From Verrucomicrobiia bacterium (GTDB taxonomy: Bacteria > Verrucomicrobiota > Verrucomicrobiia > Limisphaerales > UBA11358), in contig JASHPN010000176.1 of the NCBI GenBank assembly GCA_030038175.1, forward strand, positions 1 to 46,916: a stretch of DNA of 46,916 bases, read 5' to 3'. Made by a program: the position numbers and the translations under genes. Under the pieces are notes generated by a model. The model was not told where the DNA came from. It saw only the letters and a list, made by a program, of their open reading frames with translations, and did no database searches. Below, piece by piece: positions 16,529 to 25,037 of the stretch; within the stretch, counting starts at the first letter, position 1; each line of letters starts with the position of its first letter.

Positions 16529-19429
16529 GGCGGGTTGTTTAAGTTGGCGAAGCCGGTCCGCGACGATTTTGCCCTGGGGCGTATTCGTGGGGGCGTTGGC
16601 CACGTAAATGTTGTAATTCCGGATGGCTTCCGGGACATTGTGCCTGGTCCAGGCGATTTCTCCCAGGGCAAAAGCCACGGGGACGGAATTGGTTTGAACT
16701 GCCTGCAATTTCTGATAGTCCGCCCGCGCGGCATCCAAATTTCCGCTGGCCAAATACGCTCCGCCGCGCTGGTAAACGGCGTTAAGATTGTTCTTTTGGA
16801 CCGCGAGCACTTTTGTGAGCGCGGCAATCGCGTCCGCAAACCTTTGAAGCTGGTTGTCCGAGTAACCTTTGGCGTAAAGCCAATCGGGATTGCCCGGTAA
16901 TCGCTTCAACTCGCTGTTGGCCAGGTCGAGCGCATTGGAATACATGCGCATCGTACAATAGATCCGGTCAATCGTCATCAACAGGTCAGTGTTGGTGGCA
17001 TTGCGGGAAACTTCCGCCTCGAGCAGGCGCGCGCCTTTTGTCCCCTGATTCTTTTGAAAGTAGGCCGCCGACATCAGCATCATCATTTGCGTGACATCGG
17101 CCGGAGTTGCGGAGAATTCGGACGGATGCTCAATGGCCGGACTCAGCACGTCGAGCAGGCGTTCAGGCAGCCGGTTGAGGCCGTAGATTTCCCCAAGCCA
17201 CAACCGGGCGGGGAGAAAATTCGGGTCAAACTGCCGGACGCGCTCGAGCGGCGCGGCGGCCTGGCGGAAAAACGAATTGTCGTGCGCCAGGACATAACCA
17301 AATTGAAAGCAATAGTTGGGATCGTCAAATGGACCGTCCGCGTTAATTGCCTGGCCGATGTTATTAAACTTGCCGAGGCGGTCGGCCGTGACCTGGGAGG
17401 CGTCCACGCCGGGATGGCGTCCCGCCTGCAGCTTGAAGTTGCAGTCAAAATTGATTTTGGCCACCACGTTGTTCGTGTTGAGGGCGAGCGCCTGCTTGAA
17501 ACAATCCGCCGCGTCTGCGAGGTTTCCCGAGCGTTGCAATTCCACGCCCCAAAAATCAAGGCTGCGGGAACACCAGTCTCCAACCACCGAGGCATTGATA
17601 TCCGGTTCGTCGGGCACATACAATTGTTCCAATTCATACTGGCCAAATGTTTCCGCGGACTCGTCCGCGCGCGGGGCGAGCGCATCTTCGACGGATGAAA
17701 GAAGTCGGTTTTGCGCGTCGGTCCAAAAATCCTGGTTCCAGGCCACCAGGCCCTGGGCGGGCGCCGGCGGCATCAACGTATCGGCCGGCAGCGGTTTCAA
17801 TTGATAAGCCAGGCCATGCGGTTCGAGATAAAATGCCTCAAAGTAATAACCGAAGCTCGGCTGCAGATAGTAAAGGGTGTTGGAGGCGCCTGCGCGCGCC
17901 AGCACACTGATCAGGCCGGGCATGGTAAAACCGTTGGTGGCGGCCGCGGCGGGCGGCAGCGGCCATTGTTGCGGCGAACGTTGATGGAGAAAACGATGGT
18001 AATCCGGGTAAGGCAGCAGGCCCGTGTCCAGCAACAGGAATTTTTTTTGTTCGCCGTCGCGTACGAGGGCCTCCTGGGCCAAATACAATTGATGCGGGTC
18101 GTCGCTCAACACAACGGCGCCTTCACGCGGCAAACTTCCGGCAAGGAGCGAAGCGTAACTCTCAAGCGTGTTCCCGTTATCGCCCCAAATCAGCCCGGTG
18201 TTTTTGTAGAAAAGCCCGATCACCGCCAGGATTCCCACCGCCCATACGGCGGTGACGACCACACCGTTAAATAAGCGCGTCGCCGCGGGCGGAGCGGTCC
18301 GCTCCCGCAGACGCCGACGCCCAAAGATGAGCAAAAAGTAGCCGGCGTAATAGGCCGTGGCGAGGGCAATCAGATAGTAGAGGGTCAGGCTAAAACCTTT
18401 TTCCCGCGGGCTGAACGGCGGGTCAAACGCCAGCCACAGGCAGACGACCAGAAACACGGCGTGAATGACGTGAAACATGAGGGTGGCGAGCAACGAGCCG
18501 ATGCGGCTGTTGTCTCCGAATTTCCAGCGCACCGACATTACCAGCAGCGGTATCAGCACGATAAACAGAGGCATGATCGGGTTATCCAGATAAGACACGG
18601 GATTGGTCACGCACGTGTAATACAGCTTCAGCGCCTGGTATTGCGGGAGGAGGCTAAACCGCAGCAATTCAAAAAAAGGGCCTTTTCCCGAGACCGCCGC
18701 CAGCAGGGGAAGCAGCAAAAAAAGTGAGAAGCCCGCCAGGCCGAACCAAAACATCCGAACGAGAAACCGCAGATCGAAGAATGCCAATCCCCGCAGCCAG
18801 ATGATCGTGATCAGATACAGCGGAAGCATACCCGTTATGGACGGGCCTTCCGCCACGCCGGCACCGGTAATCGCCGCGCTCAAATAGAGCCGCCAGACGC
18901 GTCCGTCCAGGCGGTATTCCAAAAGGCACCAAATCCCCAGCGCAAACAGCAACAGATCGAAGATGGCGTTGCCGCCGTTGGTCGCCAATTGCCAATACGT
19001 CAGTTCCAACCCGCATAACAGCGCGGCCAGCAACGACGGAAACCAATCTCCGCGCATCCGCAACAGGAAGAAGTCATTTCGCAGGCGGGCAGATTGGGCT
19101 TCCGTTCGGTCATGCGGCAGCAGCCCCGCCGAACGCGTCAGTAAGCCCAGTGTCACCGCCCCGCATAATACGCTAAAAATGTTCAGCGCTATCGGGATGA
19201 CCGCCGCAGGCAGGATCCGGAAAGGCAGGGTCACCAGAAAATACAGCGGATTATAGAGTTGGGGCGTCCATATCCACCCTGACATCGCCGCCACCTCGTC
19301 CGTGTTGAACAACGACATCCAATGGTCCATCGTGATCGCATAAATGGCGAGCATTGCCGCGGCGACCAGCCAGGGCAGAACATGGCGCGCAAAATCGCGC
19401 CTGACATCCATTCGTTTCTCGTTGGGCAT
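16511..19429 (-). CDS. DUF2723/TMEM260-like multi-TM protein with C-terminal TPR repeats (putative GT-C glycosyltransferase)
   Basis: N-terminal Y..T..........G....P..Y.PLY.L...F...P......N.FS pattern, about 11 TM helices, LPREGAVVLSDD periplasmic domain, several TPRs. Confidence 0.7.
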   Translation of the reverse strand: MPNEKRMDVRRDFARHVLPWLVAAAMLAIYAITMDHWMSLFNTDEVAAMSGWIWTPQLYNPLYFLVTLPFRILPAAVIPIALNIFSVLCGAVTLGLLTRSAGLLPHDRTEAQSARLRNDFFLLRMRGDWFPSLLAALLCGLELTYWQLATNGGNAIFDLLLFALGIWCLLEYRLDGRVWRLYLSAAITGAGVAEGPSITGMLPLYLITIIWLRGLAFFDLRFLVRMFWFGLAGFSLFLLLPLLAAVSGKGPFFELLRFSLLPQYQALKLYYTCVTNPVSYLDNPIMPLFIVLIPLLVMSVRWKFGDNSRIGSLLATLMFHVIHAVFLVVCLWLAFDPPFSPREKGFSLTLYYLIALATAYYAGYFLLIFGRRRLRERTAPPAATRLFNGVVVTAVWAVGILAVIGLFYKNTGLIWGDNGNTLESYASLLAGSLPREGAVVLSDDPHQLYLAQEALVRDGEQKKFLLLDTGLLPYPDYHRFLHQRSPQQWPLPPAAAATNGFTMPGLISVLARAGASNTLYYLQPSFGYYFEAFYLEPHGLAYQLKPLPADTLMPPAPAQGLVAWNQDFWTDAQNRLLSSVEDALAPRADESAETFGQYELEQLYVPDEPDINASVVGDWCSRSLDFWGVELQRSGNLADAADCFKQALALNTNNVVAKINFDCNFKLQAGRHPGVDASQVTADRLGKFNNIGQAINADGPFDDPNYCFQFGYVLAHDNSFFRQAAAPLERVRQFDPNFLPARLWLGEIYGLNRLPERLLDVLSPAIEHPSEFSATPADVTQMMMLMSAAYFQKNQGTKGARLLEAEVSRNATNTDLLMTIDRIYCTMRMYSNALDLANSELKRLPGNPDWLYAKGYSDNQLQRFADAIAALTKVLAVQKNNLNAVYQRGGAYLASGNLDAARADYQKLQAVQTNSVPVAFALGEIAWTRHNVPEAIRNYNIYVANAPTNTPQGKIVADRLRQLKQPASEPRP

Positions 19430-19476
19430 GGATTTATCCAATCACAATCGAACCATCCGGCATTTTATATAGGGTT

Positions 19477-20604
19477 TTATTCCGCGCGCAGGTCCGCCAC
19501 GCATTCCACGTGCTGCGTTTGCGGAAACATATCCAGAGGCTGCACATGCAGTAACTTAAAGACACGTTCAGCCTGCAAAATGTTCAAGTCCCGCGCCATC
19601 GTGGCCGGATGGCACGAAACGTATATGATTTGCCGGGGCCGCGTCTGGCGCAGGCGCGTAAGTATCTCAGGCCCACAGCCTTTGCGCGGCGGATCCAATA
19701 GCACCGCCGTCTCCGCCGCCGTCATCTCTCCCAGCACTTCCGACAGAATATCCTCGACCTTTGCCGAAATAAACCGTCCGTTACGGATGTTCCGCGACGA
19801 CGCGTTCTTCTGCGCCGCTTGAATCGCGCGCCGGTCGTATTCCACGCCGGTGAAACGTTCAACCGAGTTCGCCAATTCAATCCCGAAAAAGCCCACGCCG
19901 CAATACAAATCCGCCAGGTGTTTGGCGCCACCGGCCGTCAGGAATTGTCGTGCCGTTTCCACCAGCTGCGGCAGGAGGAAAAAATTATTTTGGAAAAACG
20001 AATCCGGCGGCAGTTCCCAGCCCTCCGGCTGCACGCGCAAGACCACTTTGAGGCCGCCTTTGGGCGGCGGATGCGCGCGCACCTCTTTGAGCTGCTCATT
20101 GATCGCCGGTTCGGAAATGAGGCAGTTTTGGATGTCCTCGACCAATCCGCAATCGTGGCGCACAAAACCGATGTTCAACTTTTGCTCCGGCTTGTTCCAC
20201 TGGCTGCGCACCATGATGCGGTTGCGGTATCCATAGGGCGAAGGGCAGGGGATGACTGGGCCCACCACTTCGCGCGGAATTTTCCCGATGCGCTCGAACA
20301 GGTCGGCAATCTGCTTGTGCTTTATCCTCAACTGTTCCGCGTACGCCGCGTGCTGGTATTGGCATCCGCCGCATTTTCCAAAATAAACGCACGGCGCTTC
20401 CACGCGATCCGGCGACACCTTCTGTACTTGCAGAAGTTTCGCGCGCGCAAAATTTTTCTTAACTTCGATGATTTCCGCTTCGACGATTTCGCCCGTCAGG
20501 ACGAACGGAACGAATACGACGAAATCGTCCACCCGGCCGACGCCTTCGCCGCCAAAGGCCACGTCCTCAATCGTCAGGGAAATCTTATCACCCGTTTGGA
20601 GCAC
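19477..20604 (-). CDS. TRAM-domain RNA (uracil-5)-methyltransferase, RlmD/TrmA family
   Basis: TRAM domain, C..FGKCGGCQYQH Fe-S motif, SFFQ, DLYCGVG, DPPRKG, YVSC.P.T.ARD, DMFPQT.HVE; start estimated. Confidence 0.92.
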   Translation of the reverse strand: MLQTGDKISLTIEDVAFGGEGVGRVDDFVVFVPFVLTGEIVEAEIIEVKKNFARAKLLQVQKVSPDRVEAPCVYFGKCGGCQYQHAAYAEQLRIKHKQIADLFERIGKIPREVVGPVIPCPSPYGYRNRIMVRSQWNKPEQKLNIGFVRHDCGLVEDIQNCLISEPAINEQLKEVRAHPPPKGGLKVVLRVQPEGWELPPDSFFQNNFFLLPQLVETARQFLTAGGAKHLADLYCGVGFFGIELANSVERFTGVEYDRRAIQAAQKNASSRNIRNGRFISAKVEDILSEVLGEMTAAETAVLLDPPRKGCGPEILTRLRQTRPRQIIYVSCHPATMARDLNILQAERVFKLLHVQPLDMFPQTQHVECVADLRAE

Positions 20605-20613
20605 AGCATATTT

Positions 20614-20770
20614 ATACACGAATTTTACGAATGAACGCGAATTCAAAAGCGAAGAGGCAGAGGGTAGAGGTTGGGAACAGTGAATCCGGCGAATCTGGAA
20701 AAAATGTCCGCCAATACTTGACGCAACATGGAGCACGCAACACGCGACCCTGTCTTCCATCCTCCATCTT
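20614..20770. repeat. Mosaic of short tandem repeats (9-mer cacgaattt-like; heptamers acgcaac; ccatcct/ccatctt)
   Basis: acacgaattttacgaatgaacgcgaat; atacttg acgcaac atggagc acgcaac acgcgac (20714-20748); ccatcct ccatctt. Confidence 0.6.
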
Positions 20771-22597
20771 CTACTCTCCTTTTTGTTCCACGCGTGGATC
20801 GCTCTTTTCGGCGATGGCTTCGGAGAAAATCGTGAGCAGCTCGGCGCGCGCGACCGCTCCCACGAGGCGGTTTTCCGAATGATTATTAACCACCGGCACG
20901 TTGCGCAGTTCGCTTTCGAGCACGGTGGGCAGCGCGTCGAGCAGGGGTTGCGCGGGCGTGAGCGTTTTGGGCGCGGGCCGCATGACGTCCAGGGCAATGA
21001 CCCCGCCCAGGTCCCGGGCGCTGTTCAAAAACTCCTTTAAATCCTGCAGCGCCACCACCCCCAACAGCCGTTTCTCACCATCCACCACCGGAAGAAAATT
21101 GTTCGAGCCCGTCAGAAACCGTTCCGCGATCTCCTGCAACAAGGCGGTTTCCCGCACGGGCGGCACCGGCGCGTGCATCAGGTCTCCGATGGTTCGTTCC
21201 ATGGTAACGCCAAGCCGGCTCGTTTCCTGCCCGAGCATAATGCCTTTTTGACGCAAGTGCTCCGTATAGACCGATTCATCGTGCAGTTGCCGCGCGACCA
21301 GCACCGATACCACACACGCCAGCATCAGCGCCGGCACCATCGAATAACTCAGCGATAGTTCGAAGACCATGATGACCGCCAGCAGCGGCGAGCGCGTGGT
21401 CGCCGCCAGGGTCGCACCCATGCCGACAAGTGCAAATGCCCCGGCCTGCACCGCCGGCGCGCCGCCCAGCCGATGCAGCGCCGTGCCGAAAAATGCGCCG
21501 GTGGTCGCGCCGACGAACAGCGTAGGCGTAAAAATACCGCCCACGGTTCCGGACCCCACGGTGGCTGCCGTTGCAATCCACTTGAAGATCAGCAAACCCG
21601 CCAGCCACATCAGCGGGCGCGCCTCCGTCAAAAACTGTTCGTGCAAAATATCGTTCGTGATGCTGTATCCGTTTCCAAAAACGCCCGGAAATTCTATTCC
21701 GAGGACGCCCACGATCAATCCCGCCAGCATGAGCTTCACATAGACCGGCGAGTTGAATTTCCCAAACTCAGCCCGGCCCTGGCGGACAATTTTCAAAAAA
21801 AACGCCCCGGCCACGCCGCAAAGGACCCCCAGCAGCAAAAACCATGGCAATTGCAACGGGCCCACCTCCGGGAACGCCGGGATCACATACCACGGTTTGA
21901 TGCCAAAAAATGTCCGCGAAACCGTGGCCGCGATCACCGAGGAAAACACCAGGGGCGCGAACAGATTCATCGAAAAATTCCCCAGCACGATGAGCGCGGA
22001 AAAAACCGCGCCGGCGATCGGCGCGTTGTAGGCCGCGGCCATGCCGGACGCCGCGCCGCACCCGACCAGCAGCCGCAACCGGTAGGGCGGCCACTTGGCC
22101 AGTTGCCCCAGCTTCGATGAGAGCGTGGCCGACAATTGCACAATGCCGCCTTCGCGTCCGATGGATGCGCCGGTCGCAATGCTGATGATGGCCGAGAAAG
22201 ACTTGACCAGGTCCGTGCGCGTCGGCAGCCGGCCGTCCCCGGCCACGACCACCTCGATGAGGTTCGAGGGACCCTGTTTGCCGACCAGGCGCAACCCCCA
22301 ATGCAGGATGAGGCCCGCTGCCAGCCCGCCGACGGTCGGCAAGAGCACTCGCAGCCAATCCGGCAGGCTCTCGGCCACTTCCACGATGTCGCGAACGTTA
22401 CCCGGCTGGATTAAATGCACCGCTTCGTAGAAGAATACGTTCACCATGCCGCCGATGACGCCGACCATTCCTGCCAGAATCAGGTGGAATGCTTCCTCTT
22501 TGGGGACGAGTTTTTCGCGCCAGCGCAACGCGCCCTGCCAGTGCCGCCGGAGAAAATCCCGCGTCTTGGTCAGAACGCTGCTAATCGTCAACTGCAC
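20771..22597 (-). CDS. CLC-family chloride/anion channel or transporter with CBS pair
   Basis: GASIGREGG, AAAYNAPIAG, GGIFTPTLFVG, SVYT, two C-terminal CBS domains; start approximate. Confidence 0.92.
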   Translation of the reverse strand: MQLTISSVLTKTRDFLRRHWQGALRWREKLVPKEEAFHLILAGMVGVIGGMVNVFFYEAVHLIQPGNVRDIVEVAESLPDWLRVLLPTVGGLAAGLILHWGLRLVGKQGPSNLIEVVVAGDGRLPTRTDLVKSFSAIISIATGASIGREGGIVQLSATLSSKLGQLAKWPPYRLRLLVGCGAASGMAAAYNAPIAGAVFSALIVLGNFSMNLFAPLVFSSVIAATVSRTFFGIKPWYVIPAFPEVGPLQLPWFLLLGVLCGVAGAFFLKIVRQGRAEFGKFNSPVYVKLMLAGLIVGVLGIEFPGVFGNGYSITNDILHEQFLTEARPLMWLAGLLIFKWIATAATVGSGTVGGIFTPTLFVGATTGAFFGTALHRLGGAPAVQAGAFALVGMGATLAATTRSPLLAVIMVFELSLSYSMVPALMLACVVSVLVARQLHDESVYTEHLRQKGIMLGQETSRLGVTMERTIGDLMHAPVPPVRETALLQEIAERFLTGSNNFLPVVDGEKRLLGVVALQDLKEFLNSARDLGGVIALDVMRPAPKTLTPAQPLLDALPTVLESELRNVPVVNNHSENRLVGAVARAELLTIFSEAIAEKSDPRVEQKGE

Positions 22598-22658
22598 CAA
22601 ACAATTAAAAGGGAAAATAGAACAAGGAAAAAGGAAAAAGGGATGCCTTTTCCCGGAT

Positions 22659-24257
22659 TCACGGCAAGTGGAACCAGTTATAGGCGTTGCCGAAGGCGGG
22701 CCAGTCGGTGGCGATTTCCAACGCAAACATTAGTGAGACCATCAGACCGAGGGCGACGAATTTCGTGGAATTGCCAAAACGGCATAAGAGGCGGTCCATG
22801 CCGCAGATACACAGCAGCAGAAAAGGGATGAGCATGCCCAACAACAATCGTCCGGCGTGAAAATAGGGGCGGTCGTGCGAGGGATTTGGGGCATTGTGAA
22901 AGTCGTACATAATGGAGGTCAGGGCAAAGAAACCGAGCGCGGCCAGGACACAAACAAAACTCAATTGCACGGCCCGGCGCTGAAACGGCGCAAATTCAGC
23001 GCGCGGCCGAATGGCGATGGGCAGGGCGGCGGCGAGCAGGGCCAGCGACAGCACGGTCCAGGCGGTATCCGTTCCCGGCAACGCCATGGGATGAGCCGCC
23101 GGCGGATGGAACCAGGCAAATTCGCCCTGCCAAAAGGTGCCGAATTGCCCGCGTAAATAAGTCCAGAAACCGGGAATGGAAAAGATGGGATGATGCCACC
23201 ATTCGTTGAAGGGCTTTACCGTCCAGCCGAAATAATTCATGTTCATTCGGGAGCCGGTGAGATCGCCAAAGTTGAGTTTGCACCAAATCATCCAGCTGAG
23301 GATGAAAGGCGCGGCACAGACACAAAAGGCGGCGAGGGCAGGCAAAGTTTCGCGAAATCTTTGGCGGGCCGCGGACCGCCAGGTGATCGCCGCGAGGGCT
23401 GCGAGCGCAACGGCCAGGAGGGGCAGGTTCGTGGTTTTTGACAGGTACGTCGCCGCAAAGGCGAGCCCGGTAGCCGCGCCCAACGCGGCGGATGGTTTCA
23501 GAGCCGAGTTCCCCCGGAAGGGGGCGGGCGCTTCCCTTGCGCCAAAATTTGCCTCGCCACCATTTTCTTCCCGGCGGCGGGCAGGTTGCCCGGTGGACCA
23601 CCATTTGATGAGGCAAAAAAAGACGGCGCCAAAACACAGGGGCGAAAGCACATCGTTGCCAATGGAATAAAACGCGGTTTGCGGCATGAACGCCAGGAGC
23701 AACGGAACTCCCAGCGTCACAAAGGCGTTTCGCGGAAATATCAACGCAGCGAGGCAATAGCCCAGCCAAACGAGGCCGGCCACGGGCAGAATGTTAAGAA
23801 ATCGCAGCCAATACAATAAACGTCCGCCGCTCAATCCGATCCATTTTCCGAGGTCCCACCAGAAACCGGCGATTGCATAATACAGCGGCGGCTGGAAATC
23901 CTCGTAATTTTTTTGCATTTGCCAGCCGGCGCTGTTGAAGGCCAGGTCTTTTTGCATTTTTTCGACGGGTTGGGTCCACGGCGGCGGCGGGATTGGGCCG
24001 AACGTTGGTCCAAAGAACGCACATGAACAGAACAGCGCAAGGTAGATGGACGCTTCTTTGGAGGTGTTTTCCACCTGGCGCGGCACGCGCCCATGCGAGT
24101 ATTGCAGGACCAAATCGAAGTGCGCGGGTTCATCCACGTTATTGAAAAACGGGAAGGCCGCGGAAAAGACGAAGACACGAATCGCGGCCAGGAGGCAAAG
24201 CAACAGAACGATCTTTTTTTCCTTTGAATCCGCGAGCGCACCCGTGACGTCTTGCAT
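22659..24257 (-). CDS. DUF2142-like membrane protein, putative GT-C glycosyltransferase
   Basis: PFFNNVDEPAHFD first-loop motif, QPPLYY, IGNDVL, LSKTT, GR.L near the C-terminus; many TM helices. Confidence 0.7.
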   Translation of the reverse strand: MQDVTGALADSKEKKIVLLLCLLAAIRVFVFSAAFPFFNNVDEPAHFDLVLQYSHGRVPRQVENTSKEASIYLALFCSCAFFGPTFGPIPPPPWTQPVEKMQKDLAFNSAGWQMQKNYEDFQPPLYYAIAGFWWDLGKWIGLSGGRLLYWLRFLNILPVAGLVWLGYCLAALIFPRNAFVTLGVPLLLAFMPQTAFYSIGNDVLSPLCFGAVFFCLIKWWSTGQPARRREENGGEANFGAREAPAPFRGNSALKPSAALGAATGLAFAATYLSKTTNLPLLAVALAALAAITWRSAARQRFRETLPALAAFCVCAAPFILSWMIWCKLNFGDLTGSRMNMNYFGWTVKPFNEWWHHPIFSIPGFWTYLRGQFGTFWQGEFAWFHPPAAHPMALPGTDTAWTVLSLALLAAALPIAIRPRAEFAPFQRRAVQLSFVCVLAALGFFALTSIMYDFHNAPNPSHDRPYFHAGRLLLGMLIPFLLLCICGMDRLLCRFGNSTKFVALGLMVSLMFALEIATDWPAFGNAYNWFHLP

Positions 24258-24358
24258 CCCGCGCAGGCTAACGAAAACAATTAAAAATTAAAAACGCAAA
24301 ATTCAGCGGAAGTTTTACCACGAATCTGAAAGCCGGAAAACGAAGGCGTTCCCTGCCA

Positions 24359-24883
24359 TCACTGCGGCTTTTGCAATGAATCAATCGCCGCTTGCATTTC
24401 CTTGAAATGCACCTGGGGATTTCCCGATTTGGTGACGTGCACGATTTTTCCGTCCAGGCCAATGAGGAAACTGACGCGGTTGGCCATCTTCATACCCATC
24501 ATGCGGGTTCCGTAGGCGTCGGAGATTTTTCCGTCCTGGTCGGCCAGAAGCGTGAAATTGAGATTATACGTCGCAACAAAGGATTTATGTTTGTCCGCGC
24601 TGTCGAAACTTACGCCGATCACCTTCACATTGTCCTTTTGCAAATCCGCCACGCGATCGCGAAAGCCGCAGGCTTCCTTGGTGCAGCCGCCGGTAAAATC
24701 CTTCGGATAAAAATACAGGAGCACAATTTTCTTGCCGATGACGTCCGAGGATTTGACAAGATTGCCATCCTGGTCCGTACCCTGGAACGCCGGCGCGACG
24801 TCTCCGGCTTTGGGCATGTCGGCGAACAGCGCCGTCGGGATGAGCAGAGAAAGAACCGTCAAAAGAACGTATGATAATTTCAT
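24359..24883 (-). CDS. Exported Bcp/PrxQ-type peroxiredoxin
   Basis: YFYPKDFTGGCTKEACGFRD; N-terminal signal peptide ending ALFA. Confidence 0.92.
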   Translation of the reverse strand: MKLSYVLLTVLSLLIPTALFADMPKAGDVAPAFQGTDQDGNLVKSSDVIGKKIVLLYFYPKDFTGGCTKEACGFRDRVADLQKDNVKVIGVSFDSADKHKSFVATYNLNFTLLADQDGKISDAYGTRMMGMKMANRVSFLIGLDGKIVHVTKSGNPQVHFKEMQAAIDSLQKPQ

Positions 24884-24890
24884 GGCGACT

Positions 24891-24919
24891 AATATAGCAA
24901 AGAAGGGTTTTGGGCTCAA
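24891..24919 (-). promoter_or_regulatory. Putative sigma70 promoter with extended -10, leaderless type, for the Bcp gene
   Basis: TTGAGC-17 nt-(TGc)TATATT-7 nt-ATG. Confidence 0.6.
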
Positions 24920-24954
24920 CAACTATTGTTGCGGTTATGGCGATTGGGGCGGAA

Positions 24955-24985
24955 CGTGTTGCGTGTTTCGTGTTGCGTCAAGTAT
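24955..24985 (-). repeat. Dispersed ATACTTG-(ACGCAAC)n element
   Basis: Reverse complement atacttg acgcaac acgaaac acgcaac acg is 28/31 identical to 20714-20744; degenerate third copy at 32441-32470. Confidence 0.7.
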
Positions 24986-25037
24986 ATGGGGACCAGGGTT
25001 ACAACCGTCTTCGCGCTCATGCGTGCCTCCGACCTGC

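Noticed and set aside
22598-22660. Fluoride riboswitch upstream of CLC, or yybP-ykoY riboswitch upstream of terC
   Set aside because: The CLC leader is an A/T heptamer array and terC directly overlaps hicA; no consensus seen
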